Assembly (NCBI GenBank): GCA_965222075.1
Contig: OZ244937.1
Location: 4,096,001-4,160,000, forward strand
Reading direction: 5' to 3'
Length of the DNA stretch: 64,000 nucleotides
Origin: Candidatus Latescibacterota bacterium
Lineage (GTDB): Bacteria > Latescibacterota > UBA2968 > GCA-2709665
Part shown: positions 59,139-64,000 of the stretch, piece by piece
Position numbering within the stretch: the stretch's first letter is position 1
Layout: each line of letters opens with the position of its first letter
Made by a program: the position numbers and the translations under genes
The notes under the pieces: generated by a model
What the model saw: the letters and a program-made list of their open reading frames with translations, nothing else
Told to the model about the DNA's origin: nothing
Databases searched by the model: none

Positions 59139-61078
59139 GGTAAACCCCTGTGCTGGAGGGTTAGGAAGGACCCCAGGCCGCCGGCCACGGTGAACCACCA
59201 CACACCATCGGGTGTCTGGGTCAGGCACGCCTTCGCTTGCCCCCGGGTGGTGCCAAGCTCAAAGACCCTCCCGGCAGCCGGATCGATCCGCACGAGCGTG
59301 GCGCCGGATATCGCCCACAGGCTGCCGTCTCTGCCGGCCCGCAGACTGTGCCTTGGCACACCCTGAAGCCCCACGCCCGGCACCGTGTCGAAGGCCCGTG
59401 TGCCCGCATCAAACCGCACGAGACCGTCTCCATCGGCCATATAGAGCTTGTCTCCGGCGAACGCCATCGGCCCGCCCGGCATTCGCTTACGAAACACGAT
59501 CTCCTCGACGTCCGGATCAAACACCAAGAACTCCCCGCCCCCGTACCCAAACAGGACATCGCCGTCGGTGGCGAACTCATTCACCGTCCCGCCGGGCACC
59601 CGGTTGCGGTAGACGCGCATCTGTTCGGTCTCCGGATCGATCAGGGTAAACGCCCCGCCGGACATGCCGTAGTTTGGCACCGTGCCAACAGCGAGCAGGC
59701 CTCGTGGCCCGGGATGAATGCCGCCCACGGGCCTGTATTGCCCGTGGCCGATCCGCCCGATCGTTCTCGGGTTACTGTCCGCTTCTTCTCCCGGGCTCCA
59801 CGGCCTTGCAGGGTCGAACACGGTGATTACCGCCCACGTGTAGCTCGCGGTGTAGAGCTTTCCCCCAAAGCTGCAGATGCCATAGACCTCGCCGCTTGTG
59901 TCGGTGACCTGCCCTGTGTTTACGCTTTCGCCGGATCGGGGATCGTACCAGAAGATGGTATTGCCGACTTCTGCGCTGCCGTAGACGAGACCGTCCTCAC
60001 CTCCGTACAGCGAGAAAATCCTGTGTGGCAGCGGCTCCGTAGCAGGCCGACGCCACCCGATGCGCCCGCCGTCCGCTGCGGCCACACCGTACTCCTGGCC
60101 CCAACCGGCGGCCAGCCTACCGCCATCGCTTGTGGCCAGGACCGTCATCTGATCGTGAGCTGCCTCAAGCTGGAAGCCGCCCGAAAGCGCCATTGAGGGA
60201 AGACTCACCTCCTGGAACCGTCCTCTTGCTACTTTCACAAACACGCGGCCGTCGGGCATCTCCACGAGATTGCTGGTGTCGCCGGAGTAGTCGGTGTACT
60301 CGGGCAAATTGAGCGCCTGTACGAATTTCCGGTGCTCCCCGTCGTACAGATGCACCTGGACTTCCTCTTTCTCGTGATCAAACCAGGAGAGCAGAACCCA
60401 CTTTCCACACGCCACCGGCCGGTTCCACAGCCCCGGCGCCTGGTACTGCTCCGGCGTCATGTTCACCAGGCTGCCATCTCCGGGGTCGTAGCACCACAGT
60501 CGGTCGAGGTCGCACGCCATAGCGATGAAGATCCGTCCACCGTATCCCGTCGTCAGGCAGTAGGGATACGCGTTTTCTGGATCAATCCGCTCTACCAGGA
60601 GCTCATGCTCACCGGTCTCCGGATCGTACCGCCACAGCTGCGCGCTGGTCGCCGAGGCGTAGTAAATGCACCCATCCTCACCCTCGGTCACGTCGCAGAT
60701 GATTTTAGCTCCATCCGAGGGCCGGGCCGCCACCGGCAGGTAGTCCCGTTGCGTGACATCAAACCGGACCAGTTCTGAACTGGCGAATCCGAGGCCAATC
60801 CACAAAGTGCCGTCGCGGGCGCGCCTGGCATGCCAGGCGCTTCCCGAAACCGGCAGGGGATACGGCGTCGTTTCGCCCGTCTCCAAGTCTATGACCATCA
60901 GCCGCCCGGCATTGTCCACCACAAGCAGAACCTCTCGCCCCAGGTTCCTGTCGGCGCAAAGCTGGGCTGTGGGCCAGTAGAACCGGAAGTTGCGACACAC
61001 GGGACCGTGGTCCCTGAAGACCCCATCCTCAACGGCTGTCACGTGAGCCTGTCCAGATGAACCTTCAGCAGCGCTCAA
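59135..61078 (-). CDS. beta-propeller repeat protein
   Basis: Repeated DG.(L/I)(W/Y).G and (W/R)YDP.TGE blades; GAGGAGG RBS before TTG. Confidence 0.7.
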   Translation of the reverse strand: MSAAEGSSGQAHVTAVEDGVFRDHGPVCRNFRFYWPTAQLCADRNLGREVLLVVDNAGRLMVIDLETGETTPYPLPVSGSAWHARRARDGTLWIGLGFASSELVRFDVTQRDYLPVAARPSDGAKIICDVTEGEDGCIYYASATSAQLWRYDPETGEHELLVERIDPENAYPYCLTTGYGGRIFIAMACDLDRLWCYDPGDGSLVNMTPEQYQAPGLWNRPVACGKWVLLSWFDHEKEEVQVHLYDGEHRKFVQALNLPEYTDYSGDTSNLVEMPDGRVFVKVARGRFQEVSLPSMALSGGFQLEAAHDQMTVLATSDGGRLAAGWGQEYGVAAADGGRIGWRRPATEPLPHRIFSLYGGEDGLVYGSAEVGNTIFWYDPRSGESVNTGQVTDTSGEVYGICSFGGKLYTASYTWAVITVFDPARPWSPGEEADSNPRTIGRIGHGQYRPVGGIHPGPRGLLAVGTVPNYGMSGGAFTLIDPETEQMRVYRNRVPGGTVNEFATDGDVLFGYGGGEFLVFDPDVEEIVFRKRMPGGPMAFAGDKLYMADGDGLVRFDAGTRAFDTVPGVGLQGVPRHSLRAGRDGSLWAISGATLVRIDPAAGRVFELGTTRGQAKACLTQTPDGVWWFTVAGGLGSFLTLQHRGLP

Positions 61079-61099
61079 GTCAAATTCCTCCTCACCCCG

Positions 61100-62155
61100 T
61101 TAACTTTTGGTAACGGAGCCTACCCAGTTCAGCAGCTGCTCGACCATCTCCCGGGTCAACCCAACAGCTGGCTTGACGTCAACAAGCAGAGTCGGCACGG
61201 TCCTTCTACCTGCCCAGTCGAACGCCTCTTTGGTCATCGCGTCCTCTACCCAAGCGCAGATCCTGTCACCCACAAATAAGTCGATTGCTGGCACTTTCTC
61301 GGCAGGTTCGAACGGAGTCGGCGGAAAGGGAATCGTTGGCCACTCGGGAAGACCAAATAGTGGGGCGATCAAGCGGTTTGCCTCCCCCATCCATCCACTT
61401 GCCCATACCATGTCGAACTGGTCGCTCAACTCGTGCAACCACCGGCCGTGAGTGTCAGACAAGTAAACAGGATAGTCGTCTTCTGGGAACAACCAGTATG
61501 GATTGAAACCACTGGGAGGCCGAGCGAAACCGTAAGGATTGAGGACTCCATCAACATCGACCAGGAGCACCGGTCTTGTGGTCGCAGGCGATATCGGCAT
61601 TCGAAAGGTAGACAAGTCACGCCGGAAACGAATTTGTTGCCCTTCATCTCGAACCCCGCCATCACGGCTCCACCCCATGGCCTCGTAGAAAGTGATCCCT
61701 CGCTGGTAGCCTTCAACTGTCCACACTATCGCCTCATCGTAGCCGTCCACAACCAGATAACGTAAAGCGACCGACGCCAATGCCTTGCCAATACCTGACC
61801 GCCAGTACGACGGATCTACAGCGATAGTATCAAGTTCGCCGAGGTGAGCATCCACCGGGTCTCGGCTGGGTCCGATGCCGACAAACCCGACAATTGAACC
61901 CATACCCTCCGCAACCCACCAACGATGTGGGACAGGCTGAGCAAGATCATGTCGCCAGCGTTCAGTAAGGGCTGGCGTCACAGTTCTATCGGCCTGCGAT
62001 AGCAGTGCGCCAAATCCAGCATTCCACGAATCGACATAAATCCGCGCTACAATCTCGGCGTCAGCGGCCGTAGCTGATCGGATCGTTGGTGGTAATTCTC
62101 GTGTCCGGAGTAGATCCACATCGGTTCCGTTTTGCCGGCCCTGGCGAACCCGCAC
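61100..62155 (-). CDS. GNAT acetyltransferase in frame with a HAD-domain protein (apparent fusion); start uncertain
   Basis: GNAT (VDPSYWRSGIG, FYEAMGW) followed by LLVDVDGVLN..WASGW..WVED HAD motifs; internal ATG at 61600. Confidence 0.65.
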   Translation of the reverse strand: MRVRQGRQNGTDVDLLRTRELPPTIRSATAADAEIVARIYVDSWNAGFGALLSQADRTVTPALTERWRHDLAQPVPHRWWVAEGMGSIVGFVGIGPSRDPVDAHLGELDTIAVDPSYWRSGIGKALASVALRYLVVDGYDEAIVWTVEGYQRGITFYEAMGWSRDGGVRDEGQQIRFRRDLSTFRMPISPATTRPVLLVDVDGVLNPYGFARPPSGFNPYWLFPEDDYPVYLSDTHGRWLHELSDQFDMVWASGWMGEANRLIAPLFGLPEWPTIPFPPTPFEPAEKVPAIDLFVGDRICAWVEDAMTKEAFDWAGRRTVPTLLVDVKPAVGLTREMVEQLLNWVGSVTKS

Positions 62156-62508
62156 TTCTTGTAGAAGTCGATTGCCCTGCCGTCTGCAACAAGCATATGC
62201 TGATGGAAGCCTTCATAGTTTGACATCAGCCTCTTCATCAATTCCGATCCTATTCCTTGCCCCTGATATTCGGGATGCACCAGCAAGTGTGGATAATACA
62301 CAACAAGATGGCCATCAGAGATGGCATTACCCAGTCCGATCAGACGGTCTCCATCCCAAGCCGTCAGCAAAGAATGTGAGTTCAGTAACGCATTGCGAAG
62401 CTCAGTCGGCTTCCTTGCGGAAGACCAATCATTAGCTGAATAGAGTCTCAGTATGGCATCAAGTGGAATATCCCGTGTTTCACTGTATGTAATTGAGGAG
62501 CCACGCAT
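62047..62508 (-). CDS. GNAT N-acetyltransferase (gene cassette)
   Basis: LLVHPEYQGQGIG, FYKKCGF; follows attC 62608-62681. Confidence 0.85.
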   Translation of the reverse strand: MRGSSITYSETRDIPLDAILRLYSANDWSSARKPTELRNALLNSHSLLTAWDGDRLIGLGNAISDGHLVVYYPHLLVHPEYQGQGIGSELMKRLMSNYEGFHQHMLVADGRAIDFYKKCGFARAGKTEPMWIYSGHENYHQRSDQLRPLTPRL

Positions 62509-62607
62509 AATTTTCCCTGTTCCGCGATTGCGTTCTAAGGAAAGCCATTCTGCTCGCCCGAAAGGCGTTTCCACCACCTGCTCTTGGGGATTTTAGGCTG
62601 GCATTTC

Positions 62608-62681
62608 CTATAACGTTTTCGTGCCCCCGAACCGTGAAGCGGTTGGGCGAAGGGCCGCAGCCGCAGTCCGTCGTGTTATAC
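62608..62681 (-). mobile_element. integron attC site (partly degenerate)
   Basis: On the minus strand R'' GTATAAC (contains the upstream gene's TAA) ... R' GTTATAG; inner L boxes pair poorly. Confidence 0.6.
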
Positions 62682-63257
62682 GGCGTTGGCCTCGTTCTGT
62701 GAATCTGTTTGTTGATTCCGGTATTCCGTTGCCAGGATTCCATACTCGTGAAAGTCTGGGAAGGTATCCCACTTCTTGTAATGCTCCCTCCGGAGGCCTT
62801 CATGGCTCATCCCGATCTTCGCCAGGACTCGTCCTGAGGCAGGATTGGTGTCCATATGCCTCGCGTGTATCTTGTGCAATCCAAGGACGTCAAAACCGTA
62901 GGTCAAGACGGACTTCGCCGCCTCGGTACAGTAGCCGTTTCCCCAGTAGGCTGTTCCAATCCAGTAACCCATTTCCCCTCTCTCATGTCGGCGGTTGAGC
63001 ACCAGTCCAATCGCCCCGATAAGTAGACTCTCAGCCTGTAGGTCTATGGCGAATGTCACGCCGGTTCCGGAATCAAAGGCTTCTGGAAGAGTTGAGATCC
63101 ACTTCTCCGCATCTCCATCCTTGTAAGGATGGGGGACGTTGAGAGTGGTGGCCGCGATCTGCTTGTCCCCAGCGAGTTCATGGACTCGCGTTGCATCTTT
63201 CTCCACAAATGGTCGAAGCAGAAGTCTTTCGGTTTCTAGGTTGGGTTGATTAACCAT
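62676..63257 (-). CDS. RimJ/RimL-type GNAT acetyltransferase (gene cassette)
   Basis: LETERLLLRPF, EMGYWIG..YWGNGY.TEA, NPASGRVLAKIGM. Confidence 0.9.
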   Translation of the reverse strand: MVNQPNLETERLLLRPFVEKDATRVHELAGDKQIAATTLNVPHPYKDGDAEKWISTLPEAFDSGTGVTFAIDLQAESLLIGAIGLVLNRRHERGEMGYWIGTAYWGNGYCTEAAKSVLTYGFDVLGLHKIHARHMDTNPASGRVLAKIGMSHEGLRREHYKKWDTFPDFHEYGILATEYRNQQTDSQNEANAV

Positions 63258-63291
63258 TTTTGATTTCTGGGTTCCGTTTCTGGTCAATGCC

Positions 63292-63382
63292 GTATAACGT
63301 TACGCCGGTTTGCGAACCCGCGCAGCGGGTTGCCGAAGGCCAAGGCGCCACCGGCGCCGCAGCGCAAACCGCTGTGTTGGGC
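63292..63382 (-). mobile_element. integron attC site
   Basis: Minus strand GCCCAAC-acag-CGGTTTGCG...CGCAAACCG-gcgtaac-GTTATAC: RYYYAAC/GTT cores plus a 9-bp inverted L-box pair. Confidence 0.75.
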
Positions 63383-63431
63383 GAAGAATGACTTACAATC
63401 GTTTGTTCGGAACGTAGCACGGACAGATTCT

Positions 63432-64000
63432 TCAAGACGGCAAATCTTTGTGTGCTTCAATCAAGTACTTTCTCGCTGTGAACGCTAATTCATCGTCGCT
63501 ATCAAGTCGATGTTGAAGGGAGAACAATTGCTTCAAGTGTGTTTCTACTGAAAACCCTGGCACCAGCCAAGGAACGGCCTTCAAATAGTAGACTATGGCG
63601 CCCACATCCGTAAAGGACAGCTGGCCAGACCATTCTTCGGTATTGAAAATAGTTAGTCCCGCCGCCTTCAATTGAGGTACGTACTTTTCAAGGGTAGCTT
63701 CCGGCCATTGCGGTTCGGCGCCAAATACTGCTAATAAATCATAGACCCAGAATCCGTGAACTTGCTGTGTTAGGAAGGTACCGTCCGGTGCGAGAATACG
63801 GGCCACTTCATGGGGATTAAATGCAGAATGACGATTCAGAACAAGATCAAATTCGTAATCGGCAAAGGGCATTGGGTCACAATCGGTTAATCGAACATCC
63901 ACAACGTTCGCCCCCATGGGAGATAGACGGTCTGTTGCCAACTTGAGGTTAGGTAGATATTCCTCCGTAGCCACGACTTTCTTGGACCAAAATTCTTGTA
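63432..64000 (-). CDS. class I SAM-dependent methyltransferase (gene cassette), 5' end outside window
   Basis: ATEEY.PN, MPFADYEFDLVLNRH, EVARILAPDGTFLTQQV; frame open to the window edge. Confidence 0.82.
   Translation of the reverse strand, partial: QEFWSKKVVATEEYLPNLKLATDRLSPMGANVVDVRLTDCDPMPFADYEFDLVLNRHSAFNPHEVARILAPDGTFLTQQVHGFWVYDLLAVFGAEPQWPEATLEKYVPQLKAAGLTIFNTEEWSGQLSFTDVGAIVYYLKAVPWLVPGFSVETHLKQLFSLQHRLDSDDELAFTARKYLIEAHKDLPS

Overview
This is a high-GC diderm bacterial chromosome segment (TonB-dependent receptor, Omp85). Repeated PhyH and HEAT proteins suggest a Latescibacterota/Poribacteria-like host, but that is weak inference. Core genes are short-type parE/parC, sat, clpP, hemE-hemH-hemY and serS. 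The accessory content has five parts. (1) A YtrA/GntR-ABC operon with two tandem mosaic permease paralogues. (2) A 4.1 kb segment bracketed by 131-bp direct repeats, next to an aquaporin-arsR pair. (3) A Type III restriction-modification locus whose mod and res genes are split by cargo: a Fic protein, an unrecognised tightly coupled three-gene module ending in a ComEC-like MBL-fold hydrolase, a relic second copy of the mod 3' end, and an MNT antitoxin with an internally deleted HEPN toxin. The three-gene module is the best candidate for an undescribed defence system. (4) A family of modular MITE-like repeats carrying nested, apparently independently mobile CCTGCCTG..CAGGCAGG palindromes. (5) The distal end of an integron cassette array with two attC sites, running off the right edge. 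I saw no rRNA, tRNA or CRISPR array. All calls come from reading motifs; no database searches were run.
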